Shown here one piece after another: positions 11,432 to 23,986 of a stretch of 64,000 nucleotides of DNA. The stretch is taken from NCBI GenBank assembly GCA_001949185.1, contig BDGG01000003.1:5019092-5083091 (forward strand), read 5' to 3'. Under the pieces are notes generated by a model. It made no database searches, was not told the DNA's origin, and saw only the letters and a list, made by a program, of their open reading frames with translations. Numbering within the stretch: the first letter of the stretch is position 1; the number at the start of each line of letters is the position of its first letter. This DNA is from Ramazzottius varieornatus. Its lineage: Eukaryota; Animalia; Tardigrada. The position numbers were made by a program, and so were the translations under genes.

Positions 11432-12076
11432 TCCAGACAGCACGATCCTTTTTTCAGGATGATTCCCCGTTTGTTTTTCTGATTTTTCCAAATTTTTTAG
11501 TTTTTGCTGAGTAATGGCTTTGTGTCTGATCAATCAAATTCGTACGAATCAACTGGCGAAATCATACTTTCGGCTTCCTTCTGGTAACTGCACTGATCAA
11601 TTTCGTGGGATCATCCGTTCTGCCTCTGCCGGATCTCCTGCATCTCTTCACGTTTCCCCACCATCAGAGCTGTCCATCCTACAATTCTTATAGTGTCGAG
11701 AACCACATAAGTCTACCAGGTACGTTTTGTACCCTATGGTGCTGTGGTCAGTTGGCTGCCGTGTGCAGTGTTTTAGGTGGATTCGTCTCAACCGGATGTC
11801 GTTTTCCGAATAACCGATCAACAATCAGCCGAAAGAACTCACGCTGAACGGCAGAACGCAAAACAATTTTCTGTTTTCCTCCATCAGCTTCCTCCTCTTG
11901 CTCAAGCCGTCTACTCCACTTTGGGCCATATTGGAACAACTCCGGGGGACAGGCACGCTTGCCCCCGGATGTCTGTAGGTTGTTTCCACATCGTAAAAGT
12001 GGAGATAAACTCGTATAGAGCGTTTTTGTTGGCCTGAGTTCTCTTTCAGGATGTCACGCTGACCCTGACCAGAAAG

Positions 12077-14785
12077 ATGGCCACATCAGACCCCAAGATA
12101 CCATGCCCGGAATGTGGAGAGCTGTACACATCTCGAGGCATGAGTAGGCACACCGGAAAGACAGCCTGTGAAACCAACCAGGAAAGAAACAGAAGGAATA
12201 ATTCAGCTCCCTCGAGCCAGTCAGTCGTCGCTCCTGCTGATCAGCTGATCGCAACGAAACCGATCCATGAAGGCCTCCAGCATCTGAAAGCCTCAACGAA
12301 AGTCATCCGCAGAATACCAAAAGGCGCTCGTATGCTGGAAGCAACGAGTTTAACGGAAAGAAAAGAAGATGTGCTTCAAAAAGAAGCAGTGAAAAACACC
12401 CAAAAGACGCAGTGCTCAAGAAGTTGGTAGAGGGCAAAATCAACGAAGGCGGTATATGCGGGGCGCTACGGGTGCTTTCCTCTGAGGATTCGGTGGCAGT
12501 TCCAACCCCGGAAGTTCTGGACACTCTTCGAGACACGCATCCTTCAGAAAGCCCAGACAGTTTGTTCCCAGATCCCCCAGATCAGTTGTCGCTGCCCGAA
12601 GAAGTGACGGTGGAGGAAATTCTCGCAGCTGTAAAGAGTTTTCCCAACGGATCTGCTGGTGGCGTTGATGGTCTGAGACCGCAGCATCTCAAAGACATGC
12701 TGTCAGGTGCACCGAACGGGGGCAACGGTGACGCTAGCAGAAGCATTGGCTAAGCTGATTACGATGATGCTTTTAGGCAGAATTCCTGACGCTGTTTGCG
12801 GTGTACTCTACGGGGCATCGCTCACAGCCCTCAAGAAGAAGATAGAAGCCTGCGACCAATTGCTGTGGGAAACACGCTACGTCGCTTGCCAGGCAAGATC
12901 GTTGTCAAGAGAGTGGGCCGTGTGATGGAGGAACAGGTCCGTCCTGAGCATGTCGATTGCGGTACCAGAGGTGGAGCAGAAGCAGCAGTCCATGCGGTTC
13001 GCTGCTTCCTTGAAGAGGGAAGAGACGAAAGCCAAGTGCTGCTCAAGCTTGACTTTAAGAACGCCTTCAGCACCATACACCGAGAAGTTCTTCTCCGTGT
13101 TATTAGAGACTCCTTGCCTAAATACTTTCCGTTTGCCTGACAGTCTTACCGATATCCCTCAAAGCTACTGTTTGGTCAACATACCCTCGAGTCAGCAAGG
13201 GGCGTGCAGCAAGGAGACCCGCTGGGGCCCTTATTGTTTTGCGTTCTCATCCAAAAGCTCACTTCCCCCCTGAATGTGTGGTACCTCGATGACGGCACCA
13301 TCGGCGGTAAGATCGAAACCGTCTTGTCAGATTTGCAGGTGGTAATCAGCGAAGGGTGGAAGCTCGGACTGGAACTGAACTCGGCTAAATGTGAGCTTTT
13401 CTGCTTCGGGGGTTCTGCTCTGGAACGCCAAGCCGCGCAGGGAAGAGCAGCCGTCGCCTGTCCGGCTATTTTCTTTCCTTCCAAGAGCGACCTCAACCTT
13501 CTAGGAGCACCACTGATGGAAGAGAGCCTGGAGGAAGCCGTCCGAGCTAAAACAAGTAAGATCCGGTTGGTAAACGCAAACTTAAATCTCTTGTTTGCCC
13601 ACCAGGCCCTTTTCCTGCTCAAGAACTGCCTTCGCCTGCCGAAGTTGCTGTACATTCTCCGGTGCTCTCCATTATAGAAGGTCCCTGCATTGCTCCGCGA
13701 GATGGACGAAGTGGTTCGGTCGAGCCTGTCGGAGATTACCAACACTGGGATGAGTTCCGGTCCATGGCGGCAAGCGACAATGCCTGTCGGTTTGGGTGGA
13801 TTAGGCATCCGTCGTACGGAAGAAGTCGCGCTCCCTGCCTTCTTGGCTTCGCTTCATTCTGTACAACAACTGGTGCTGAGTATCCTGCCTGAAGCCGACT
13901 TGTATGGTGAAGCAAACCTCGCTCTCGCCAAAGCTAGTGAGTACTGCTTCGGATAATGATAAAGCGCGACTTGTTGCAGTTTCAGATAAGAACTCAGGCT
14001 CCTGGCTTCATGCGCTGGTGTCATCCTCGTTGGGAAACCTGCTCGACAACAACGCCCTACGGATGAGTATTGGTTTGCGTCTTGGTGCCAAGCTATGCCG
14101 TCCCCACGTGTGTCGATGTGGCGCCAGCGTGGATGAGTTTGGCCAACACGGGTTGAGCTGTAAGTTCAGTGGGGGGCGTCACAGTCGTAACAGCGCGCTC
14201 AACGAGTCCCTGAAACGCGCGTTGACAACAGTCCAAATTCCTACACCTCTCGAACCACCCAGGATCTTCAGAAAGGACAAAAGACGGCCAGATGGAATGA
14301 CGCAAGCCCCTTGGAAGAATGGTATGGAGCTTGTATGGGACGTCACAGTTGTGGATACACAGGCTTTGACAAACTTTGCAATGTCAACGGCGAAAGCTGG
14401 ATCAGCTGCTGACGCCGCCGAGAAGAGAAAAGATCTCGAAGTACGAGGACATCGGAAGCCAATTTGAGTTCTTCCCTGTCGGACTGGAGACCCTTGGACT
14501 TTGGGGTCCTTCCACGACAGCGCTGTTTGAAGCTGTAGGAAGAAAGATGGCGGAAGTAACGGGCGAGCCGAGGTCATTTCAGTTTTTTAAGCAGCCAGAG
14601 TATCCATTGATATTCAACGTGGTAATTGCTATTCTGTTCTGACTACTGTTAAAGATACGAAGGGTCTTGATGAAGTGTTTTATATTCTAGATGTCAAAAA
14701 GGGAAAATCCGTGTAGCGTTTTTGTTAATTTTGTATCGCTGCTTCCTCATTTTTTGAGTATAGATTATTGTCTTCAAATAAAGAT
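12077..14785 (+). mobile_element. Degenerate CRE-clade (RLE-type) non-LTR retrotransposon
   Basis: N-terminal zinc finger CPECGELY...RH, RT motifs LRPIAVG, KLDFKNAF, QQGDPLGPLLF and WYLDDG, CCHC motif CRCG...HGLSC, RLE RPDG...WDVTV...K..KY. Several frameshifts and stops. AATAAA near 14777. Confidence 0.9.
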
Positions 14786-14984
14786 ATTTCACGCTGGCGA
14801 AAACAGCTAGTTGATTAACAAAGAATTGATTACTCTCAGGACCCTGCCGGCCGGACTATGGTACGATCGACAGGGTATGACGTAGCTCGTGCTGCCTGCT
14901 GCGCAATCGGCAGCCACGGCGCGGGGAAACTAGGTAGGAAGGTAGATGATCGTACAATGGTACAATCGCCAGTGGGTGGGTAGG

Positions 14985-15430
14985 TTGGTTGATCACTATT
15001 TGTTGACCATTGATCTTGGTAGATTGACAACTATTGGCTAACCGTTGGTCTTGCTGTCTTGACCACTAGTGGTTGACCATGGGTCTTTCTAGGTTGAGCA
15101 CTAGCGGTCGGCCATTGGTTTTACTATGTTTGACCACCAATACAGTCCTACCCGTGGGATGTGACAATTGCTTCTTCTGCAACCGAACTGCCTTTCTGCA
15201 CGAGACTGCTGGCCATGCACTGCGCAGCACGATCAGCTGATCGACGTCCGGTTATGGCTTGACTCAATCAAGTAATCGAGCACGTGTCCGATCAGCTGAT
15301 CGGTCTCATGCGAACAATATGGCGAGCAGCCCCGTGTACACGCGTACCGTCCGGAACTGAAATCGGGCGTTTGAACTGTCACATCTCTCAGGCAGGACTG
15401 TACTGGCCATTCGCGTTGATAGGTTGACCG
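14985..15430. repeat. Degenerate 35-bp tandem repeat interrupted by a MITE
   Basis: ttgaccactagt-like word at 14989, 15024, 15059, 15094 and 15130, resuming after 15402. Confidence 0.7.
15143..15400. mobile_element. Tc1/mariner-type MITE
   Basis: TIR cagtcctacccgtgggatgtgaca / tgtcacatctctcaggcaggactg, flanked by TA on both sides. Confidence 0.8.
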
Positions 15431-16707
15431 CCCAATCGCAGCTAGTTTATTGACCCGTCCTTTCTGTCTATTGGTCAGTGGGCGTGGTAACCGGTCTGGG
15501 CGGAGTCCACAGTTTACTGGAGTTGATTATTTGACTGGAAGATGCTTTTTATTACGTCAGATGTGACAGAACCTTGGTTCCCATCCTTTGATCTTTCCGC
15601 CATAGGCTCAGGCTTGCCATAGTTTCCCCAATTTAGGGGCTTTAGACTGAGTGAACAGCTTTCTACGATGACTCGAGCGGTCTATGATTCATTCTAAAGC
15701 TCCGCTGGAAGGCCAGCATTTTGGGCGGAGCTCTCGCAAAAGCTCGACCTACTGACCTCTATATCTGTTTAGTTTTTCCTGTTTTTGATCAGGCTAACTA
15801 AAGTTCACTCAAATCTTTGGAAATGTAACGCATAACAGAATGTTCAATGTCGATAGAAGTCATGCAGAATCAACAGGTTCAGATTCCATGTCAGCGCGTC
15901 CTGAAGACCGTGTCTGAGTTGAGAAGTCGAGTCCAATCGTGCCACAACTAAAACGGAAACGTAAAGGCACTTCGCGACGTTCTGACACGAGGCCCGTGTG
16001 CGAAACGATCACGGCATGGTTAAGGGAAGGAAGTACCAAACAGAGAAACTGTACCGTAGGCATTACAGGCAATGATTCGAGCGCTACTTCTTCGAAGACG
16101 GAGTCCTGCACAACCACAGCGACCAACAGAAGTGACTCGCACGCCCCTCATTTGGTCGACATGCCCAGCGTTGATCATAGTACCAATTACGATCTGTATT
16201 CACACTGCGCTACGGGAAGTAATGAGGATCTTTCTGGCTGTGATTCGGACTCCATTATTCCTGCTGGATCTTCGGCTTTGAAAAATGCTAGCTGTGAGCA
16301 GTGTGATGCACGTGTTACGAAGACTACAGAGTCGACTGGATTGTGCTGTGATAACAAGACGAAAATCCCTCCGAACATATGAAAAATGCCAGCCCTGCCC
16401 GTTGAACTGAAGGGACTGTACAGGTCATGCGGAACACTCATCCAAACCTCTTGTCAGTGTCAGCCCTTGGGACAAGTGGAGGTTTCGAGCAAAAAACCGG
16501 CCCATTAATTTAGTGCTTAGAGAAAAAATATGTCACAGCATGCTACCCGGCAATCGTAAAGGCCCGGTAAGCTTCCGGGCGTTTACGATGGAGCTTAAAT
16601 AAGCGCAGTACCCGAACGAAGTGATCAGTGAGTTAAACATGGACCGAATTTTGTTAGTGAGTTACGAACCATTGTGTTCCGCTGTATCTGCTGCGAGAGT
16701 GAAACGA

Positions 16708-16911
16708 TACTTTAAAGTGCCAATGATGCGGGACAGGTTTGGATCCGGGTGCGTGTATGAAGACCGCGCGGATGTTGGGTGAAATATCTGGTCAACGTGT
16801 GTATCGATCAGCTGATGACATGACACATAAGAGTCAAAACGGCGCGTACCGGGGGGATTCTTTACGCGGACCCGGACCAATCTTGTCCTACTTCATTGGC
16901 ACTCTAAAGTA
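16708..16911. mobile_element. MITE-like foldback with ~55-bp imperfect TIRs
   Basis: tactttaaagtgccaatgatgcgggacagg... pairs with ...cttgtcctacttcattggcactctaaagta. Confidence 0.7.
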
Positions 16912-18005
16912 CTGATATTACCTCCAGTGTATTCACTGCATTAAAAGTGCCGTCGGTACACATTTCCCCAGTCAATCAAGGATGTCCAAAATCAACGGCG
17001 GAACTCACGTTACAAAGTCGGCCCTAGCCAATCAAGGGCTAACTCACGATCAACAGGAAAAGTCCGCCCTGTCTTGTCTTTCTACGCTTGATTGTGGGAT
17101 TCGACTTTTCCAGTGTATCAACGAGCCTGTTAGCCTGCACAGATGCTTGTACTGCAGTGAATACACTGAAGGTAATTATCGTTTCAATCTGCTCCTGCTA
17201 GGATGATAGCTGATGAACCATCAGAATATGCGCGACTTGATCAAAATACACAAAGTTCTAACGAAATCGGCGCAGGTATTGTCACAGATACTGTACATCC
17301 GGAGAACTGAAAGAACTAAAAGATAGTGTTGCGTGTTAGAAGAACACAACTAAGCAACCAACATTCATAAAACCAACATCCGGTGAATTCATGCTGCTAC
17401 ATTGTGTTTTGTCTGTCCCGAAGGAAGCAATGGTTGGAGTACCGACCAGCTCAATGTCTGCAGGTCCCTCTAATTCATAGCTACGACTAAGTATCTGATT
17501 TTTGTTTCATCTACAGTTTTACCTCCGAGATATGTCAATTGCTTTAAATTTGACCGTGATATGCGACTCACAGTGTGGGTGACCAAACACATGGCAGGCC
17601 ACTAAAAGAACTGAATAAATGCAAGCGATTACTTGATTCGTGGTAACCGTGCTGAATGGCTTGCCATATTTCGTTTGTTTTGGTCCACCGTGTAGCAAAC
17701 AGATGGGTCATCGCAAAACAAAATCAAGCGTTTGAATTGACACATCTGGGAGGTAGAACTGTATCAAGCAAAAACTACCGATCCGAATTTCCCAACATTT
17801 TGCACAGAACTTCGGAAAATAATTTGTGGGTACTTGAAGCAGTTTGTATTGCCTTACAATTCGAGATAAGTTTTGTCTAAATTTTTCTGGTCCAATTTTT
17901 TGAGATATGAGAGCTATTCGAACATAATTATTCTTAGCCAGTTGCTCAGGGTCGAAAGGTATTTTGTGGACATTACCTTTCGGAGGTTGTGTGAGACCCT
18001 TCAGA

Positions 18006-19040
18006 AAGTCAGTGAACGATTACATTTCGAAAACAGATTATACCCTTGATTTCTGTTCAGTCGACGACGCCATCTCCCTACGGATCGCCAAACCATCAGA
18101 CGGTTCGTTTCCTAGTTGGATAGCGAAGGGCTAAGCGGGAAAACAGCGACAGTTTATGTAGCCGGCGTAAGTTCAGAACAACTGGAGCACGGTTTCGAAG
18201 ATCCTGGTAGAAATGACCATTACCTCTCAATGATGTTGAAAGGTCTAACCAACCAAACCCGTCCGGACACATACAAGAGAAAGCCTCTGACAATAGAACA
18301 TTTACGACAGCTCAAAGCTGACCTATTCGGATCTCTCATTCCTCGACACGACCAACTGATGCTTTGGTCGGCTTTCACCATGGCCTTCTACGGCATGTTA
18401 CGTGTGTCCGAGTATACCAGTTCGAAGGAGACAAGTTTTGACAAATCAAACCTTGTCCTGAACGACTTACAAATATCCTGCGATTCGGTCCAAATATGTT
18501 TGCGGCGAGATAAAACCCATCGCAAAACCGAACCTCCTGCAATTTATCTAACAAAAACTCAAACGGATACTTGTCCCGTACAAGCCCTTCACGCTTATAT
18601 GCTAGTCAGATATTCAGCAAGGCATACACCATTATTCATTTCCCATGATGGAAGCTACCTGACTCGCCAACGTGTCAATCGCGAGCTACAATTTTTTCTC
18701 GGGAATGGCTTTACCTCTCATAGTTTCCGGATAGGAGCGGCTTCGACGGCTTCTAAAGCCGGATGCTCCATGGAACAGATTAGGGCCATGGGTAGATGGA
18801 GCAGCGACGTTTCAAACCGATACGTCCGACCAGATATGGTGTCCTTGACCCAAGCTATGCTGCGAATCTCACGTTAGTTCAATCAGCCTTCGCTTGGGGT
18901 CTGTGTTTGGGGACTGTGCGAAGGCTGGGCAAATGGCTTACGCAATTGTGTATATCCGCCTACCTTGACAGTTTACCTTCATTGACCCCAAGTACTTCCG
19001 TGTTCGTTTCGTAATTAAGGAAGGTCCGGGCGTCAATCTT
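18006..19040 (+). mobile_element. Internally deleted Ngaro/DIRS-like tyrosine-recombinase retrotransposon
   Basis: RT N-terminal remnant KSVNDYISKTDYTLDFCSVDDAISL joined to a YR ORF, followed by a structured 3' segment. Confidence 0.75.
18116..18877 (+). CDS. Tyrosine recombinase of a YR retrotransposon, catalytic domain
   Basis: AFYGMLRVSEY, DKT, CPV, SHSFRIGAAS, GRWSS, RYVR: the catalytic R, HxxR, W and Y are all present. Confidence 0.9.
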   Translation: MDSEGLSGKTATVYVAGVSSEQLEHGFEDPGRNDHYLSMMLKGLTNQTRPDTYKRKPLTIEHLRQLKADLFGSLIPRHDQLMLWSAFTMAFYGMLRVSEYTSSKETSFDKSNLVLNDLQISCDSVQICLRRDKTHRKTEPPAIYLTKTQTDTCPVQALHAYMLVRYSARHTPLFISHDGSYLTRQRVNRELQFFLGNGFTSHSFRIGAASTASKAGCSMEQIRAMGRWSSDVSNRYVRPDMVSLTQAMLRISR

Positions 19041-19506
19041 ATTTTTTTCTTGAACAAAGCTTCTTGCGTACACGTGTGCACGCCTCGCGTAGCCTTACGT
19101 TGTTTGTAAGTTACGGTCTAAAAGTAGAAGCACGCGCACGTCTAACGTTGCCTTGTGCAGTAGCCGGTGGTTGCTGTAACCGAACACGAGTGCACGTTTA
19201 TCGCCGCCTACCGTGAAACTAGCCATAGTTGTAACCAAAACCGTGAGCGTCTATAACGTGGCCATACGTTGCTACCTGTAACCCACCGTGGTAATTTGGT
19301 TTCGCGCATACAATAGCATGCGCGTACAATAGCAATATTTTTATTGTCCTGCTAGCAGTGTCTTACTTTGCGCATTCTACGCTGATACGTTACCGTGTTA
19401 CCTTCGTCAAACTGACCTTTCTATCGTATAATAAGCTGACCCGCGAGTAACCGAAATTTTTCATCAAAATATTCGTACCTTACAATTAACCACAGTAGCA
19501 TACTGG

Positions 19507-22500
19507 TTGGATTGGCCGAAGACTGGTTGTCAGTTTGCACATCTGCCTTGCACTTCATTATCATCTTACCGTTTTTTGATGGTAATTCCGCCAAGGAAGT
19601 CTGCATTAATACCAGCATCGCCCGAAAAGGGTACAGCTCGTACCGCTTCGTCAGTCCCTACGTCACCACAAAAAACAGAAGAACGTTTCGAAGTAACCGT
19701 CGTCAAAAATAAGCACGTTACTAACACGGATACCGAACTTCCCACTCTATCTGATCATCACGACTCAACGTTGCCACTACTCAACTCTGCCCATAACACG
19801 TTACAGTCGTCAACTTCGACTACTTCTTCCGCTACCACCGACAGCTTGGCAACTGAGTACGCAAAGTCAATTGTTGCGTCCACCTTCCGCCGACTAAAAG
19901 GACATATCAATTCACCTGCCTCCGACGAGGACCACCCGATTTCTACGATCAACGCTGATCTGCTAGACCATCACCACAACCAGCACGTTCAAACCACCAG
20001 AGTCGCACAACAACAAATTGAAATGGCCAAGAACGCCAACAGTGACGACATCGAACGGCACGATGAAGAAAAAGGGGGAGAAAGAGGTGAAAAAAACGAC
20101 GAAGCGAAAGGTCTGTTCGTTAATTTGCCCAAACAGACGCTGTCGATAAAGTTAAGACCGAACAGCAGGACGACGACGATGACAACGCCAACGAAATACC
20201 GAAGAAAGTCAAGCTCGATGCCGATACCCGCATCGAGACTATAGCTGCCACAAAAATCAACATTCCAATGCCGTTGTTCCACGGCCATGATGACGAAGAA
20301 ATCGGTATTTTCATCAAGAAGTTTGAGACGGCTTGCAAGCTTCAACGTATCCCAGCGAGGGACATGGTGGAACATGCGTTCTTACGCTTCCGTAACTCAG
20401 CGGATTCCTGGTGGAACCGCCGACCAACACACAATAACGAAACATGGGAGCACCTGAAAGCAGATCTGAAGACCGAGTTCCGACCAGCCGGATCCCTCGC
20501 CTTTCGAACAGCCCAGTTGAATCGCCGCAATACGCAGCCAGGCGAAAGCGTCAATCAATACTACGACGCAGTCATGAACCGGTATGGCATAGTGTAAAAC
20601 ATGGGAAAAAGTTTACTAACGAGGAGATGGCAGATAAGTTAGCCAGAGGCCTCCCTGGGGAGCTCGTCAAATTGGTCACAGTCCTGAATCCTAAAACTCC
20701 AGCGGAGTTCAAGCAGATTACTGCTCGAGTCATCGAGGCAGAGAAGAAAACGTCACAACAAACCCGAATCTTTAGGGAACAACAAATGCCTAACGACATA
20801 GCGGACCCAATGCCACACCGAACAGCACAGGTTGTGCAGACTCGTGTCTACACGCCCGAACGGCAAAATAACGGGACGTGGTACAACGGTAACATCAACC
20901 GCAGCTACAACTATCGCGGCGCCTTCAACGGACAAGCCAGTTTCCGAGGAGGATACCGCAACCAGTCCAACAGAGGATACCAAAGTTACAACTACTACAA
21001 CCGGTACCAGAACAGTAACAACAAGTTATGGTGGAAACTCCAAAAACGGTGAATACCGCGGTAACGGTAACGGAGACAACTACAGAAATGCTTTCAGTCG
21101 AGGTTTCAACCGCAACGATAACGGATTTCAGAACAACGGGTTCAACAGGTCCAACAGCAGTTACAACGGCGGTTACAATAACCGTAATCGCGACACCAAC
21201 ATCCCAGACGCCGAGACCACAGTACCAAGAGGTGGTCACAACAGAAACAGTACAGACACGACCGGGTAACAATAACATTACGGGTGGTACTACAAATACC
21301 GCCAGTCAGTCGGCAAGGACTTTCACTGCGACGTCTAGACCAACCAACCGTGCAGTGTCTTGTTACGTCTGCGGCCGACCACACTTCGCGTCCGGTTGTC
21401 CAGACCGACCCAACAAAGCCTCTACCGGACCTCAAGCACGTCGCGACCAGATGAACACCATGACGTATGCGCCACCACAACAATTTTCCATGCTTGTGAT
21501 GACCTCCGATGACAGCAACACTGCTACCGATGTCCTATATTTCGACCGATTCCGGTCAATCAGCTATCGTAGAGCTAGAAATCGAAGGTACCCCAGCCTT
21601 TGCCCTACTCGACTCCGGAAGCACAGTCACGTGCGTATCCTTGGATCTTATCAAGCAGCTATCCTTGCTACCCCTCCTGCAACGTGACGAGCACATCAAG
21701 ATTGTGGGAGCAACCCTTCACACGATGATCACAGAAGGCCACATCAACCTCAAAATCTCAGCCTACAACAGATCTACATGGTGCAGAGCTCATGTACTGC
21801 AACTAATGCCACAGAAATACGACTACATCTTGTCTTGGCCAGACTTTCTCAAGCTGACCGGGACCAATAGTCCAGTCTTGGTCCCTAGTGATCAGTTACC
21901 CAATCAACAGATGGTCGAGAAGGACAACGCTACGTTTGTATCGTGTATCCGGAGTCCAACATATCCTGCTATTAACGTCACGAAGCATCACACGGATCAA
22001 CTAGCCCTCTTTAAGGAAACGCAGCTCAAAGTAGGCGATCAAGTTTTACTCTTCAGCCCCGCACGGTCAAGAGGAGTAGGATCCAAACTCCATCACTATT
22101 GGAGTGGTCCCTGCGACATCTTGCAACAAACTGGTCCTAACAACTTCCGCGTTAGTTACAACCGACCGGGTTCAAACACGAGCACCGTTGTTAACACAGC
22201 TCGTTTGAAACGTTATGTTAAACGTAACGGCAGCGATAAGGACCTCAAGGACTTCGAAGAACCTGATTTCGACGAACTTCACCCTATTGAATTCAAAGTC
22301 ATTGAGAGTTCTGATGACGAAGCTGTTCCAGCGAATGACCGTCCCATACTAGCTACACAAGTGTCGCGGAATGCTACAACTGCAAAACTCAACGAACAAC
22401 ACGACGCCGACGAGGACGACTATATAACGTCTGTTGCAATGACAGTCGAACCACCTCATCCTCGTACAAACCCTGCAACCCGACCCAACACGTTGCAACT

Positions 22501-23220
22501 ACTTATCACGATTGCTCGTTGTAGCAAGTTCACAACCGACGAAACACTTCCGAAGTCCAGCATGGACAACCCACGGGTTCGTACCCCACCAAGAAGGTTG
22601 AACATCGCATCCAAGGCCATGCCGCCTCCTCTCAGGATTCCTGATCCTCGCCCGGTGACACCGCAAGCAGCCACCACTCAGGAAGCAACTCCTCGACCTA
22701 GGTTGGAAACACTTGAAGACCCTCCCATCCTACGCAAGTACCGCAGCGTTTTTAACTTGGCAAACCCTCCTGACTCTGAGCGGGAGGACAGCCCAAGCCA
22801 ATCCGGACAGGGAACTCAACCGCAAACGACGTCTGTGGTCAAGGCGGTCAAGGTACTAAGGACCAAGAAACAACGCGGAAACCGATTGTTATCGGGCCTT
22901 AGCGCTGACAACATCTTAAAGTCCGACGGGGAACTCCAGGACCAAACTCAGTCGGCTGCAAGGGTTCGCCGATCAACCCGTACAAAACCACCACGCCAGA
23001 TGAATGCCATGCACCACCTCCCTGCTTGGCTCATATTCGTACTGTGTTTCATCGTGCTGCCTACGGCCTTCACTATTCAGGCAGACATCCGCAATTGCAA
23101 AATCAACATTGTTTGGGTCTTCTGGATTTAGCCACCTATACCACATGTGAAAAGCTGGCGGCAGAGCCCAAGCCACAGCATGTCAACTATTCCATCTACG
23201 CCATGAAAAAGGATGAGGAC
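19507..23220 (+). mobile_element. Degenerate Gypsy-like LTR element: gag, protease, integrase C-terminus and env-like start; RT, RNase H and integrase core missing
   Basis: Capsid-like PLFHG...FIKKFE...ADSWW...WEHLKADLKTEF...QPGESVNQY, zinc knuckle CYVCGRPHFASGC, protease ALLDSGS, GPY/F-like VGDQVLL...KLHHYWSGPCDI...RLKRY, then a signal-peptide-like stretch. Confidence 0.85.
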
Positions 23221-23264
23221 GAGGACGGAAGTAACAGGTTAACTTGTAGCGCCACCTGTGTTGG

Positions 23265-23418
23265 AATTTTGACGTAACTTCCGGTTCCTGCAGTTTATTC
23301 CAGGAACGGAAAGATGACCAGGTTTCCGGTTCAGACTATAGAGAAAACTCTTCTCTATCCACCTGTAATGTCGGTTTGAGGATCAGAGGCGGCGGATTGG
23401 GAAAATCCCCTCGTCAGC
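23265..23418. repeat. Dispersed repeat, inverted copy of 5777-5912
   Basis: Direct sequence comparison. Confidence 0.9.
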
Positions 23419-23447
23419 TACTTTACGTGAAAGATGTTGATTGGGGT

Positions 23448-23918
23448 ATGCGTCTGAAGAATCAAGAACAACGACCGAAGCCAAACGATGTACTCCTGGA
23501 AGCGAGTGGATATAATTTTGCGGGAGTGTGCACTTATTTCATGTACGCTGTAATGGAGCAGTTTTGGAAAGAAAATGCTGCTTCGGAGTTCACTGTCATT
23601 GATGGCGCTTATTTCAACGGAAATTCCGACCTGGTCCAATTCATGCAAGATAACGCATTCCCTGCTGGAAGCTTCAAAGAAGGCTTACAGCTGCGTGTTC
23701 GCCGAGCAATTTATCAACAGTTTCCACCAACCACTAGTCGTCTTCCAACCGCAGATGAAGTAAAAGAAACATATCCTTTCGCCAGATACATTTTCTGGAG
23801 CAAGAGAGACGTTGCAGAAAGAGTCGAGAGACTTCGCTTTCTGGAGCGAGGAGAGTATGAGGGTAACAATCTAACAAGCCCTAACTTAGTCCTTCCTATT
23901 CTAACTCGAGTCACCTAA
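23448..23918 (+). CDS. Hypothetical intronless ORF (~156 aa), no recognised family
   Basis: Open frame with globular-protein-like composition. Confidence 0.4.
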   Translation: MRLKNQEQRPKPNDVLLEASGYNFAGVCTYFMYAVMEQFWKENAASEFTVIDGAYFNGNSDLVQFMQDNAFPAGSFKEGLQLRVRRAIYQQFPPTTSRLPTADEVKETYPFARYIFWSKRDVAERVERLRFLERGEYEGNNLTSPNLVLPILTRVT

Positions 23919-23986
23919 CGTATAAACGAAGTTTGTTGGTTGCAAGGGAGAAAGCTCTGAAAAACTAATCGGAAATGAAAGTAAAG

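Noticed and set aside
16553-16589. Strong hairpin atcgtaaaggcccgg...ccgggcgtttacgat
   Set aside because: It is isolated, with no element boundaries or family context to interpret it.
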